Below the pieces are notes generated by a model, which saw only the letters and a list, made by a program, of their open reading frames with translations, did not search any database and was not told the DNA's origin. The position numbers were made by a program, and so were the translations under genes. From positions 128,001-192,000 of the forward strand of contig CAWJQC010000007.1 of the NCBI GenBank assembly GCA_963844965.1: a stretch of 64,000 nucleotides of DNA. Direction: 5' to 3'. Below are positions 8,902 to 19,150 of this stretch, piece after piece. This stretch comes from an uncultured bacterium (GTDB lineage Bacteria; Patescibacteriota; Minisyncoccia; UBA6257; 2-01-FULL-56-20). Within the stretch, counting starts at the first letter, position 1. Each line of letters opens with the position of its first letter.

Positions 8902-9897
8902 ATGAGAAAAAAATATGACTTGGTGACCGTGGGGGATTGCGTTGTTGACGCTTTTATCCAGCTTCGTGAAGCATCGGTGCATTGCGACAAAAATCATGAG
9001 CAATGCGAGCTTTGCATGGCTTTCGGGGATAAAATTCCCTACGATTCGCTCGTAGTGATGCCTGCAGTCGGCAATTCATCAAACGTGGCGGTGGGTACCC
9101 GGCGTTTGGGCCTGCGAACCGCCATCCTTGCCGCCATCGGCGACGATTACTACGGTAAGCAAATACTGGACGTATATCGGCGGGAGAAGGTAAGCCCTGA
9201 GTTCGTGAAGATCAACAAGGGAATACCAACGAATTATCATTTTGTGCTGACGTTCAAGGCCGAACGGACGATCTTGATAAAACACGAGAATTACGATTAT
9301 TACAGCCCCAATCTCCTGGGAAGTACCGATTGGATCTACTTTTCTTCAATGGGCGAACATACCTTGCCGTTCCATAGGAAGCTCGCCGATTATTTGGCGC
9401 GCCATCCCCGCGTGCGTATGGGTTTCAATCCTGGAACTTATCAGCTGCGTTTCGGAAAGGACAAACTCCGAGATATTTATAGAAGAAGCCACGTGCTTTT
9501 TGTGAATCGGGAGGAAGCCGGACATATCCTTGGTATCGGCGATTTAGATATCAAAAAACTTCTTTACGGTCTCCACGGATTGGGTCCGAAAATTGTCGTG
9601 ATTACCGACGGTCCCTCCGGAGCCTACGCGTCCGACGGGCGCGAGCGGTTGTTCATTCCGAAACACTCCGATCCCAAGCCGCCGGTTTCGCGTACCGGAG
9701 CGGGCGATGCCTTTTCGTCTGGTTTTATGGCGGCTCTTATTTACGGCCTTCCGCTTGAAGACGCTTTAAGATGGGGTCCGGTTGAATCTATGCGCGTCGT
9801 CCAGTTTTTTGGAGCTCAGACCGGTCTCCTTACCAAAAACGAGATTCTGACATTACTGAACAAGGCTCCAAGATCCTTCAAGCCAAAAAAGATTTGA
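8902..9897 (+). CDS. PfkB-family carbohydrate kinase (ribokinase/fructokinase-like)
   Basis: TGAGDAFSSGF anion-hole motif near the C-terminus; 331 aa. Confidence 0.8.
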   Translation: MRKKYDLVTVGDCVVDAFIQLREASVHCDKNHEQCELCMAFGDKIPYDSLVVMPAVGNSSNVAVGTRRLGLRTAILAAIGDDYYGKQILDVYRREKVSPEFVKINKGIPTNYHFVLTFKAERTILIKHENYDYYSPNLLGSTDWIYFSSMGEHTLPFHRKLADYLARHPRVRMGFNPGTYQLRFGKDKLRDIYRRSHVLFVNREEAGHILGIGDLDIKKLLYGLHGLGPKIVVITDGPSGAYASDGRERLFIPKHSDPKPPVSRTGAGDAFSSGFMAALIYGLPLEDALRWGPVESMRVVQFFGAQTGLLTKNEILTLLNKAPRSFKPKKI

Positions 9898-9900
9898 TTC

Positions 9901-10812
9901 ATGAAAGCATTAAAGGACTTTCTCAAAGAAACCGATGCGGGAGGATTTGCCATTGGGCATTTCAATTTTTCCGACCTTGCGGGTCTTAAGGCGATCTTTG
10001 AGGCGGCGGAGGAGTTAAATGTTCCGGTTATGGTCGGGGTTTCGGAGGGCGAGCGGGAATTCGTTGGGGTCTGGCAAGCGGCCGCGCTCGTGAAAAGTTT
10101 GCGCGAAGAATACGATTACCCGATTTTTTTGAATGCCGACCACACGCATTCTTTGGAAAAGGTCCGGGAAGCCGCCGAAGCCGGTTTTGACGAGATTTTG
10201 TTTGACCCCACACCTAACTTCGTTGGGAGAGGGGCAAGCGGCTCCGAGTCCGTGTTGGAGGAAAGTATTAGATTGACGAAAGAAGCGGTGCGGCTCGTAA
10301 AATCCATAAATAAAAAGATTTTGGTTGAGGGGGAGATTGGCTACATCGGTAGTTCATCGGAGGTGATGAAGGAGCGGCCGGAGGGGATAGAGCTTACGAT
10401 GCCGGAAGAAGCGCAGATGTTCGTGAAAGAAACCGGTGTTGATGTTCTGGCGCCGGCGGTCGGCAATATGCACGGGCTCTTAGCGCGGACGGGCGCGGAC
10501 GGTACGCGGACTTACGCGGAAAAGCGGTTGGATATCGCTCGCGTTAAGGCGATAAAGGATGCAGTGAAAATTCCGCTTACTTTGCATGGCGGTTCCGGCA
10601 CGGCTGACGAAGATTTTGTCGCGGCTATTAAAGCCGGAATCAATATAATCCACATAAATACGGAAATCCGCCTTGCTTGGCGCCGCGGCGTGGAAGAGGG
10701 ACTGAAAAACAATCCCGACGAAATCGCGCCCTATAAAATTCTGCCGCCGGCGGTAGAAGGAATTAAAAAAATCGTAAAAGAGAGATTGGAATTATTTAGG
10801 AGAGAAACTTAG
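9901..10812 (+). CDS. fba: class II fructose/tagatose-bisphosphate aldolase family
   Basis: FAIGHFNF, NADHTHS and LHGGSG motifs. Confidence 0.75.
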   Translation: MKALKDFLKETDAGGFAIGHFNFSDLAGLKAIFEAAEELNVPVMVGVSEGEREFVGVWQAAALVKSLREEYDYPIFLNADHTHSLEKVREAAEAGFDEILFDPTPNFVGRGASGSESVLEESIRLTKEAVRLVKSINKKILVEGEIGYIGSSSEVMKERPEGIELTMPEEAQMFVKETGVDVLAPAVGNMHGLLARTGADGTRTYAEKRLDIARVKAIKDAVKIPLTLHGGSGTADEDFVAAIKAGINIIHINTEIRLAWRRGVEEGLKNNPDEIAPYKILPPAVEGIKKIVKERLELFRRET

Positions 10813-10953
10813 TTGTTGCGGCGCAGTGAGAGCAGTTTGGCTCAAAAAATATAGCCGCAGCACTGTGCGCTTCAAGTAACTTTTTCAGCCGCCGCGGCCT
10901 TATATTGTAGGTAGAGAGTTGCGGTCGGCTTATTTTTTTGTTATCCTATAGCC

Positions 10954-11007
10954 ATGGATCTATCCGTTCAAAAACGCGAAAAATTAACGGCGGAGCCACT
11001 ATCCTGA
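10954..11007 (+). other. 17-codon uORF MDLSVQKREKLTAEPLS* that mimics the first 10 codons of rplY (MELVVQKREKF), located 120 nt upstream
   Basis: Nucleotide and peptide similarity to the rplY start at 11077. Confidence 0.5.
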
Positions 11008-11076
11008 GGGTAAAGCCCGAAGGATCTCGTTGAGATTCTTCGCTTCGCTCAGAATGACACGCCACATTGTTTTAAT

Positions 11077-11778
11077 ATGGAACTCGTTGTTCAAAAAAGA
11101 GAAAAATTTGGCAAAGCGGTAAGGTCTCTGCGTGAACAGGGCCTGATTCCGGCCGAGCTGTATGGCCGCGGGATTAAAAATTTGCATTTGGCGGTTCCCG
11201 CGAAGGATTTTCTTAAGACATGGAAGCAGGCCGGCGCGAACACCGTAGTTAATGTGCTTGTGGAGAACAGAAAACACCCCGTGCTCATATACGACGTTAA
11301 GAAAGATTACCTGACCGGCGAAGTTGAACATGTTGATTTCTACGCCGTGCGCATGGACGAGAAAATCAAGGCCAAAATTCCGCTTGAATTTGTGGGCGAG
11401 GCGCCGGCGGTCAAGGAAAAAAGCGGCATTTTAAATAAAGCTATGGCCGAAATTGAGGTTGAAGCGTTGCCGGCAAATTTGCCGCACAGCTTTGAAGTGG
11501 ATATCTCGTCGCTGGATGATATCAATAAGAGCATCTACGTTAAGGACATTAAGGTGCCGAAGGATGTAAGCGTTATTGTTGATCCGGAGACGGTTATCGC
11601 AACCGTTACGCCGCCGGCCAAGGAGGAAGAAAAAGTTGAAGCGCCGGTTGATATGAGTGCGGTTAAAGTTGAAGGCGAGGAAAAGAAGGCGGAACGGGCG
11701 GCGGAAAAGGTTAAGGGAGAAGAGGGTGGCGAACCACTTGTGAAGCCCGTGAAGGAAGAGCCCCCGAAAAAAGCATAG
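11077..11778 (+). CDS. rplY: 50S ribosomal protein L25 / general stress protein Ctc
   Basis: L25 N-terminal domain plus a Lys/Glu-rich C-terminal tail. Confidence 0.85.
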   Translation: MELVVQKREKFGKAVRSLREQGLIPAELYGRGIKNLHLAVPAKDFLKTWKQAGANTVVNVLVENRKHPVLIYDVKKDYLTGEVEHVDFYAVRMDEKIKAKIPLEFVGEAPAVKEKSGILNKAMAEIEVEALPANLPHSFEVDISSLDDINKSIYVKDIKVPKDVSVIVDPETVIATVTPPAKEEEKVEAPVDMSAVKVEGEEKKAERAAEKVKGEEGGEPLVKPVKEEPPKKA

Positions 11779-11898
11779 AGTAATGGCCAGATCTAAGGGT
11801 CCGAAGCCAAAAGTTTTAGGTGACATAAGCCTGCCTGCCGCAGCACTCGGCGGGCAGGTTCTTCTAAAATCCCTGGGCGGCGCGATAACTTTACGGCC

Positions 11899-13275
11899 TT
11901 GCCCGAGAGGTTGAATTTGAGCTACGAGAAAGTTCTGCGCCTGCCGCTCACCAATTTTTTCAAGTTGCTGCTCTGCCTTCTCGCGGCGGCCTTTTTGGTT
12001 TTGGGAACCGTCACCGCGCCGACGATTTTTATGCTTGCATCCGGCCAGTCCAGCGCGACAAGCACCGCTGAACGGCAGCAGCTTGAAACGCAGCTCGCGG
12101 GACTGGAGGATCAGATAAATCAGTACGAAGACCAGATAACCGGCTATCAAAAACAGGGGAATTCTCTTAAGGGCGAGATAGATATTCTGAACGATAAGGT
12201 GGCGAAGCTGAACCTACAGATTCAAGCCATCAATCTGACCCTGGCGGACATTAACAAGAACATAGACGAAACCAAATCGCAGATTGACATTACGGAATCC
12301 AGCATTGAGGCGAAGAAACTTTCGCTCGCCCAGCTGCTTCGGGAGCTTTACGAAGGCGAGAGCCAATCCCTTGTGGAGATTTTTCTGCAAAATCCTCACT
12401 TGTCAGATTTCTTCGCCGACGCGCAAAACGTGACATTGCTGCAGGATAATTTGCGCGTCAGCGTTGAGCAGATTACCGATTTGAAAAACCAGCTTCAGGA
12501 CAAACAAAACCAGTTCTTTTTGGCGAAGGCCGACGCTGAAACCACCCAGGCGTATCAAGCGAGTCAAAAAGCCGAAATCGCGGACACCAAGGAACAGAAA
12601 AACGAACTTCTCACCGAGACAAAGGGACAGGAATCCAAATATCAGACGCTCCTCCAGCAAACCAAGGAAACAGCCGCGCAGATCAGAAGCAGGATTTTTC
12701 AATTGTTGGGAGGCGGTGAACTGAGTTTTGAGGATGCCTACCAGTATGCGAAGCTCGCCGGCGGGGCGACGGGAATTGACCCGTCTTTGATTCTGGCCGT
12801 TCTTGACCGTGAGTCGGCTCTGGGGCAGAACGTCGGTAAATGCAACTATAAGACGGCGATGAGTCCTGCGAATCAGACGTTATTCCTGCAAATTATGAGC
12901 GAGCTTGCCATTAGTCCCGACACGGTCACCGTTTCTTGCCCGAACAGCGACGGGGTGTACGGCGGCGCGATGGGTCCGGCGCAGTTCGTGCCTTCAACGT
13001 GGAATTTTTATAAGGATGCCGTATCCAAAATTACCGGCAATTCACCGGCGTCGCCATGGAACAACGCCGACGCCTTCGCCGCCACGGCGCTTTATCTGAA
13101 GGATGGGATGACCGGCTGTAAGGCGATTTACAGCGTGAACGACAGCATCAACCGCTGCACGGCCGCGAAATATTACGCCGGCTCGCGCTGGCGGAGCTAT
13201 CTTTGGACATACGGGGAGGCTGTCGTTGACCGCGCGAAGAGCTTTGCGGAGGACATAGCGACGATAACGAGCTGA
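11899..13275 (+). CDS. secreted coiled-coil protein with a C-terminal lytic transglycosylase-like domain
   Basis: Signal/TM segment, a long Q/E/K-rich coiled coil, then a DRESALGQN...GAMGPAQFVPSTW SLT-like motif. The alternative (TTG) start is uncertain. Confidence 0.5.
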   Translation: MPERLNLSYEKVLRLPLTNFFKLLLCLLAAAFLVLGTVTAPTIFMLASGQSSATSTAERQQLETQLAGLEDQINQYEDQITGYQKQGNSLKGEIDILNDKVAKLNLQIQAINLTLADINKNIDETKSQIDITESSIEAKKLSLAQLLRELYEGESQSLVEIFLQNPHLSDFFADAQNVTLLQDNLRVSVEQITDLKNQLQDKQNQFFLAKADAETTQAYQASQKAEIADTKEQKNELLTETKGQESKYQTLLQQTKETAAQIRSRIFQLLGGGELSFEDAYQYAKLAGGATGIDPSLILAVLDRESALGQNVGKCNYKTAMSPANQTLFLQIMSELAISPDTVTVSCPNSDGVYGGAMGPAQFVPSTWNFYKDAVSKITGNSPASPWNNADAFAATALYLKDGMTGCKAIYSVNDSINRCTAAKYYAGSRWRSYLWTYGEAVVDRAKSFAEDIATITS

Positions 13276-13356
13276 TTTTTGCGTAACCAATCACTCGCAC
13301 AATCGTTTAAGTTAATATGTTCTGGTTGGTCGCGGTGTGACGAATTAAGTTGAGCA

Positions 13357-14637
13357 GTGATAATGGTATTCAAAAAAATAACTTTAGCCAACGGTTTGAG
13401 AATCATCCTCGCGCCGCAGCCTCAGAGTTTGGCGGCGACGGTTTTGATATTGGTCGCGGCCGGTTCTGAGTACGAAACAAATAAGATAAACGGCATATCG
13501 CATTTTCTGGAGCACATGATGTTCAAAGGAACCATCAATCGTCCGAAGCCTGGCATGATTGCCGAGGAGCTGGCGGCACTGGGCGCCCAAACCAACGCCT
13601 TTACTTCGCAAGAATACACTGGCTATTGGGGTAAGGCGGAAAATCACAAGCTGCCAAAAATTTTGGATATCGTATCCGATTTATATTTAAATCCGTTATT
13701 TAATCAAGAGGAGATAGAAAAAGAACGCGGAGTGATTATAGAGGAAATAAATAGATACGAAGATACGCCGCCACGGCGCGTGCAAGAATTTTTTACTTCG
13801 CTTTTATATGGTGACCAGCCGGCAGGGTGGGACATTGCTGGAAAAAAAGAGACCATAAGAAAGATCACGAAGAACGATTTTTTGAGGTATCGCGGAATCC
13901 ATTATATAGCACCTAAAACAGTGGTAGCAATTGCGGGAAAGTTTAACGAAAAAGAAGTTGAAGAACAAATTAGGAAGCGTTTTGGCGACTTAAGGCGCTA
14001 CGCCGTAGTCCGCAAAAGAAGAACTTCGGACAAACAAAGCAGAGCGGCGACGTTCGTTAAATTTAAAAATTCCGACCAAAGCCATCTCGTGCTTGGTGTG
14101 AGGGCTTTCGACCTATTTGACAAGAGAAGATATGCCATAGAGGTATTGGCGCACGTTCTTGGAAACTACTCAAGTATGAGTTCGCGGCTTTTCAAAAGAG
14201 TGAGAGAAGAAATGGGCGCGGCCTATTATATTGATGCTGGGGCGGACCTCTATCTTGATCACGGCTACCTTGCTGTTTCTGCAGGCGTGGATCATAAGAA
14301 GGTCAAACTGGTTATAGATGTTATTTTGGAGGAAATGAGACGCCTGAAGAAGGAATTGGTAGGCGAAAGTGAGCTTCAGAGGTCAAAAGACCATATCGTT
14401 GGGAATATGATATTAGGGCTGGAAACATCAGATGAGCTTGCCGGATTTTGCGGTCAGCAGGAAATATTAACCCGGCGTGTTTTGCCCGTTGAGCGATTAA
14501 TTGCTAAAATTCAAGGCGTGAGGGCTGGGGAGGTAAGAGCCGTCGCGAATCATATTTTTAGGGCCGATAAACTTAATCTTGCCATCATCGGGCCCTACAA
14601 AAAATCACAGATGTTTAAAAAAATCTTGAAATTATAA
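13357..14637 (+). CDS. M16-family zinc peptidase (insulinase-like)
   Basis: HFLEHMMFKGT inverted zinc-binding motif; 426 aa. Confidence 0.85.
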   Translation: MIMVFKKITLANGLRIILAPQPQSLAATVLILVAAGSEYETNKINGISHFLEHMMFKGTINRPKPGMIAEELAALGAQTNAFTSQEYTGYWGKAENHKLPKILDIVSDLYLNPLFNQEEIEKERGVIIEEINRYEDTPPRRVQEFFTSLLYGDQPAGWDIAGKKETIRKITKNDFLRYRGIHYIAPKTVVAIAGKFNEKEVEEQIRKRFGDLRRYAVVRKRRTSDKQSRAATFVKFKNSDQSHLVLGVRAFDLFDKRRYAIEVLAHVLGNYSSMSSRLFKRVREEMGAAYYIDAGADLYLDHGYLAVSAGVDHKKVKLVIDVILEEMRRLKKELVGESELQRSKDHIVGNMILGLETSDELAGFCGQQEILTRRVLPVERLIAKIQGVRAGEVRAVANHIFRADKLNLAIIGPYKKSQMFKKILKL

Positions 14638-14640
14638 TTC

Positions 14641-14740
14641 CTTACGAAAGTACGAAAACATACGAAATTACGAAAAAGGTGAGCCATGCCATTTCGTACA
14701 TTCGTACAATTTCGTATTTTCGTAAGACAAATTTCGTATG
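14641..14740. repeat. Palindromic element copy A: four direct TACGAAA heptamers, a core ggtgagcc, then four TTTCGTA heptamers
   Basis: Near-identical architecture to the element at 63850..63940. Confidence 0.8.
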
Positions 14741-15767
14741 CCGGAAACAAGGACATCTGAAATTTCGTGGGTTACTCTGTGGCGGATTTTGTTTTTCGCC
14801 TTGCTTGTCGCGGTTCTCTACCTGGGGAGGCAGATTCTTTTGGGGTTATTTCTTGCCATAATTATTTCGTCGGGCATAGAGGTGGTGGTGAATTTTTTTG
14901 AGAGGGTGGGCATACCGAGAACGCTAGGTGTGATTTTGCTTTTTCTTGCCGGCTTGGTGCTCATAATTATTGTCATTTATACGGTTATTCCCCTGATAGT
15001 GGTTGATTTGAATTCCATTTTTTTCGGTTTTGATAAGTCAACGGCCGGCGTCATTTGGACATCACTCGTAGAGTCTGAGAACTTCGCAGTCGGTAAACAC
15101 GCTTCTGAGCGGTCTTTCGCAGCAATTTTTTTCCGGGAGCGCTTCTCCTTTGGATGTTTTTTCAAAGACTCTCGGAAGTTTCGGGCTTGTCATGGCGGTG
15201 ATCGTAAGTTCGTTTTATTTGAGCATAAGCCGCGACGGAGTGGAGAGGTTTATAAAAGCCGTGCTGCCCGCCGATTACGAGAAGTCGGCTTTGAGCATCT
15301 ATGAGCGCTCAAGGAAGAGAATTGGCTTTTGGTTCCGAACGCAGATTTTTTTGAGTCTGCTAATCGGGCTTTCGGTTTGGGGAGTGCTCGTTCTTCTTGG
15401 CGTGAGGCACGCTTTTCTCCTCGGCATAGCGGCGGCTATTTTTGAAATTGTCCCCTATGTGGGCCCAATTCTTTCCGGCGCGCTCGCGGTTCTTATGGCG
15501 CTTTCCACGTCCGTATCCCTCGCGCTTTATACTTTGATAGCATTTCTAATTATCCAGCAACTTGAATCACACGTATTGGTGCCGCTTTTGATGAGGCGCG
15601 CCGTTGGTTTGCATCCGGTGATAGTCATCATCGCTCTCTTAATCGGCATAGAGGTCGGCGGAGTTTTGGGTGCCTTGATCTCCGTTCCGGCAGCCGCGGT
15701 TTTTGAAGAGGCGCTTGACGAATGGTCGCAGAAGAAACGGCCGAAAGAACCGGAACCCGTTATTTAA
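14738..15767 (+). CDS. AI-2E family transporter (PerM/YhhT-like) with an apparent -1 frameshift near 15070
   Basis: Two overlapping ORFs (14738..15304 and 15150..15767) together give a ~343-aa AI-2E protein. The reading frame changes at about 15068-15074. Confidence 0.7.
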
Positions 15768-15875
15768 TGCAATCCGAAAAATCCGAATTTCATCCGAATG
15801 ACCCAAATAGAATAAACAAAAACCATTTGGAGCATTCGGATGTATTCGCAGATTCGGATTGCTGTAGCGAAGCGT

Positions 15876-17276
15876 ATGAAAAAGTTTTACATTACGACGA
15901 CGCTTCCTTATGTGAACGCGCCGCCCCATATCGGTTTCGCTCTGGAGATTATCCAGGCGGATGTCATCGCCCGCTCCCGAAAGCTCGCGGGCGATGATGT
16001 GTTCTTTAATACGGGGACGGACGAGCACGGCTTGAAAGTATATCGCAGAGCGGTGGAAGAAAAAAAAGACCCGCAGGTTTACGTAAATGAATGTGCGGAG
16101 AAGTACGAAGATTTAAAACGTACGCTTGGCGCTGATTACACGAATTTTATCCGCACGACCGATCCCCATCACGTGAATGCCACGCGGGAATTTTGGAGAA
16201 AGTGCGACGAAAACGGTTATATCGAAAAAAAGCTCTATAAGATCAAGTACTGTGTTGGCTGCGAACTGGAAAAAACCGACTCCGAGCTTGAGAACGGCCG
16301 TTGCATAATTCACCCGAATCTTGAGATTGAAATAATAGAGGAAGAAAATTATTTTTTTCAATTCTCCCGGTATCCAGAAGTCCCTCCTCGTGCTTTACGA
16401 AAAATATCCGGATTTTGTTTTGCCAAGCGCAGCGTTTAAATGAGATAAAAAAATTTGTTGAGGGCGGCTTGCAGGATTTCAGCGTTTCGCGCCTCAAAAA
16501 AAAGATGCCGTGGGGCATTTCCGTCCCCGGGGGACGAAGAGCATGTGATGTATGTTTGGTTTGACGCTTTGGTGAATTATGTATCGGCTTTGGGCTGGCC
16601 GGAGAACAAAAAGAAGTTCGCCGATTTTTGGGGGACAGAAGCGGCGCCGAATGCCGTGCAGATCGCGGGAAAAGACAATCTTCGCCAACAGTCGGCAATG
16701 TGGCAAGCGATGCTTATGGCGGCCGGATTGCCCACTTCGCGGCAGATTCTCATACACGGTTTTATTACTAGCGGCGGCAGTAAGATGAGCAAAAGCTTGG
16801 GCAACGTGGCGGACCCGTTCTTTTTGGTCCAAAAATACGGCACGGACGCATTGCGCTACTGGCTACTGCGTGAGATTCCCGCCTTTGAAGACGGAGATTT
16901 TGAGGAAGAAAAATTGCGCGAGCGGTACAATGGCGACCTAGCGAACGGATTGGGAAATTTTGCCGCGCGCGTTTTAACGCTCGGCGCCGGCCTCGGTAAA
17001 GTTTCGGAAGGTTTAAAACCCGATGCCGAGATATCGGGATATATAGAAAAAACAAAAAAGGTGGTTTCGGAAAAAACGGAAGGATTCAAATTCCACGAGG
17101 CGCTTGCCGCGATTTGGGATTTGACCGGCTTCGGCGATTCGTATGTGAATAAGACCGCGCCGTGGGGGATAAAGGATGCGGCGGAAAAAACACAGACAGT
17201 TTTCAATTTGGTAGTGATTTTGGATAATGTGGCGGCGATGCTTCGGCCATTTTTGCCGGGAACGCGCGCAAGATAA
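15876..17276 (+). CDS. metG: methionyl-tRNA synthetase (short form), interrupted by three single-base insertions between 16374 and 16533
   Basis: PYVNAPPHIGF (HIGH) and KMSKS motifs. The frame goes 0, 1, 2, then back to 0, and conserved MetRS sequence (QKSLLVLYEKYPDFVLPSAAF, NEIKKFVEGGLQDFSVSRL, PGDEEHVMYVWFDAL) is recovered in the shifted frames. Confidence 0.85.
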
Positions 17277-17338
17277 CTGAGTGCATAAATTGGGACGGCG
17301 AACTGAAAATAAAAAAGGGCGGGATTTATTCCCGCGCC

Positions 17339-18052
17339 TTAAATAGAAGTCAGAATGGTCTGTATGGCCGTTTGTACTTGAAGCATGGAACATATTGCTT
17401 TCTCGCCATGTTTTGGAAAATCTGGCGCGGCTTCCATAACCCGCTGATGCGAGTGATAGCCGCCGCTGAAGCCGATGGTGTTCAGTACTTGTCCGTGAGT
17501 GCTGTTGTACCATCTGGCAGCCAGTTTTTTGGCGGCAATCAGGCCATCGCGGGTGTCATCTACATATACGGCATTTTTCCAATCAATGAGGCCGTCGATA
17601 AAAGCGAATACATCCCAGAATGCCTCGGTTTTATCAAAAGAGCTGCCGCAGGCGAAAAGTAAAACATGAGGTGGCGTCAAACCCAGCACCTTTAATTTTT
17701 CCCAGAGAATGCCGTGGTCTTCGGCACTTAGGATGCCGACCGCAGCACCCAACAATTTGCAGGAGTTGATGAGTTCTGCGGCTCCATCGCGCAGCTTTGC
17801 TTCATTGTGGTGCTCGTCAAGGTATGATTTGCGGATTGTGTTTAGGCGTTCGGGCGTGGCGGTTTCCGGTATGCCGTGCCGGCGATAGAAATCCATGAAA
17901 TCAGCTCCGATTTCCGAACGGTATTCGTCAATGGTCGGAGCCGGTAAGCCGAAGGAGTTGAAGATTCGCGTCACGCTGCCATAATTTAATAATAGGTCGT
18001 CCCAAAGCGTTCCATTCCAGTCCAGGACAATGACGGTTTGTTCCTGTCGCAT
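17339..18052 (-). CDS. HAD-family hydrolase
   Basis: DWNGTLWDD motif I and YVDDTRDG motif. Confidence 0.7.
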   Translation of the reverse strand: MRQEQTVIVLDWNGTLWDDLLLNYGSVTRIFNSFGLPAPTIDEYRSEIGADFMDFYRRHGIPETATPERLNTIRKSYLDEHHNEAKLRDGAAELINSCKLLGAAVGILSAEDHGILWEKLKVLGLTPPHVLLFACGSSFDKTEAFWDVFAFIDGLIDWKNAVYVDDTRDGLIAAKKLAARWYNSTHGQVLNTIGFSGGYHSHQRVMEAAPDFPKHGEKAICSMLQVQTAIQTILTSI

Positions 18053-18100
18053 GCAGCTCCTTTTTAACAATTAAACTGGATTTATGATAAATTAATTCAT

Positions 18101-19073
18101 ATGGACCGTCAATCGGAAAAATCAATTTTTTTTGACGCGCACACGCATGTTCAATTTCAGGCGTTCGCTGGCGATTATAAGGAAGCCGTCGGGCGCGCTT
18201 TGAGTTCGGGCGTCGGCATGGTGAATGTCGGCACACAGAAGGACACCTCGCGGCGGGCCGTGGAAATCGCGCACGAATACGAGAACGAAAAAATTTTCGC
18301 AGCGGTCGGTTTGCATCCGATTCATACCGGTAAATCGTTTCACGACGAGGATGAACTTGGCCTACCGCGGACAGACGCAGATGATACGCAGACAGACGCG
18401 GAAAATTTTCAGCGTAAGTCCGCGTTAAATCCGCATGGGTCGGCGTCTGCTGGCTTCTGGAGCAGGGCGGAGGAATTCGATCATGAGTACTATAAAAAAC
18501 TCGCGCTGGACCAAAAGTTGTGGCGGTAGGGGAATGCGGATTGGACTATTACCGTGCGACAAGCGACATGGGACAAGCGACATGGAATGAAATGAAGGCG
18601 CTAAACAGAGGCAGGTGCTTGGGGCACAGATACAACTTGCGCGGGAAATAAAAAAGCCCTTAATGCTCCACTGCCGAGACGGAAAAAAGTCCGGCACGGG
18701 GCCGGCATTTGATGATTTGGTTAATATTTTAGAGAGTCATGCGGCAGGTGTTCCCTTTGTGAGCCACTCTTTCGTCCGCAATCTCGGGTTGGCGAAAAAA
18801 TTACTTGATTTGGGTTCGTATTTTTCTTTTAACGGCATTATTACATTCACGCACGATTACGATGAAGTTGTGCGTTTTCTGCCGGTGGACAGGATATTGT
18901 CCGAGACAGATGCGCCGTATCTCGCGCCTGTGCCCCATAGGGGCAAACGCAACGAACCGGCGTATGTGGTAGAGGTTGTTAAGAAGATGGCGGAAATAAG
19001 AGGCCTTTCGATTGAAAAGATGGCAGAGCAGATTCGGGAAAATACGGGAAAAATTTTCGGTTTGAGATTTTGA
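18101..19073 (+). CDS. tatD: TatD-family deoxyribonuclease with two frameshifts at about 18513 and 18600 and a perfect 14-bp tandem duplication (18558-18571 / 18572-18585)
   Basis: FDAHTHV, KVVAVGECGLDYYR and PLMLHCRD motifs are found in three different frames. Confidence 0.75.
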
Positions 19074-19150
19074 GAGGCACATAAACAAAAAAGTTTACAC
19101 CGGTGGGGCAGTTGTTAACCGCGTTTTTTTGAGTTACAATTTTTTTAACG

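Noticed and set aside
14641-14740. Heptamer repeat arrays (14641, 63850, 36330, 60866, 2701) as CRISPR arrays
   Set aside because: Units are 7-10 nt with no unique spacers of uniform length. The arrays are palindromic (repeat then inverse repeat) and no cas genes are present.
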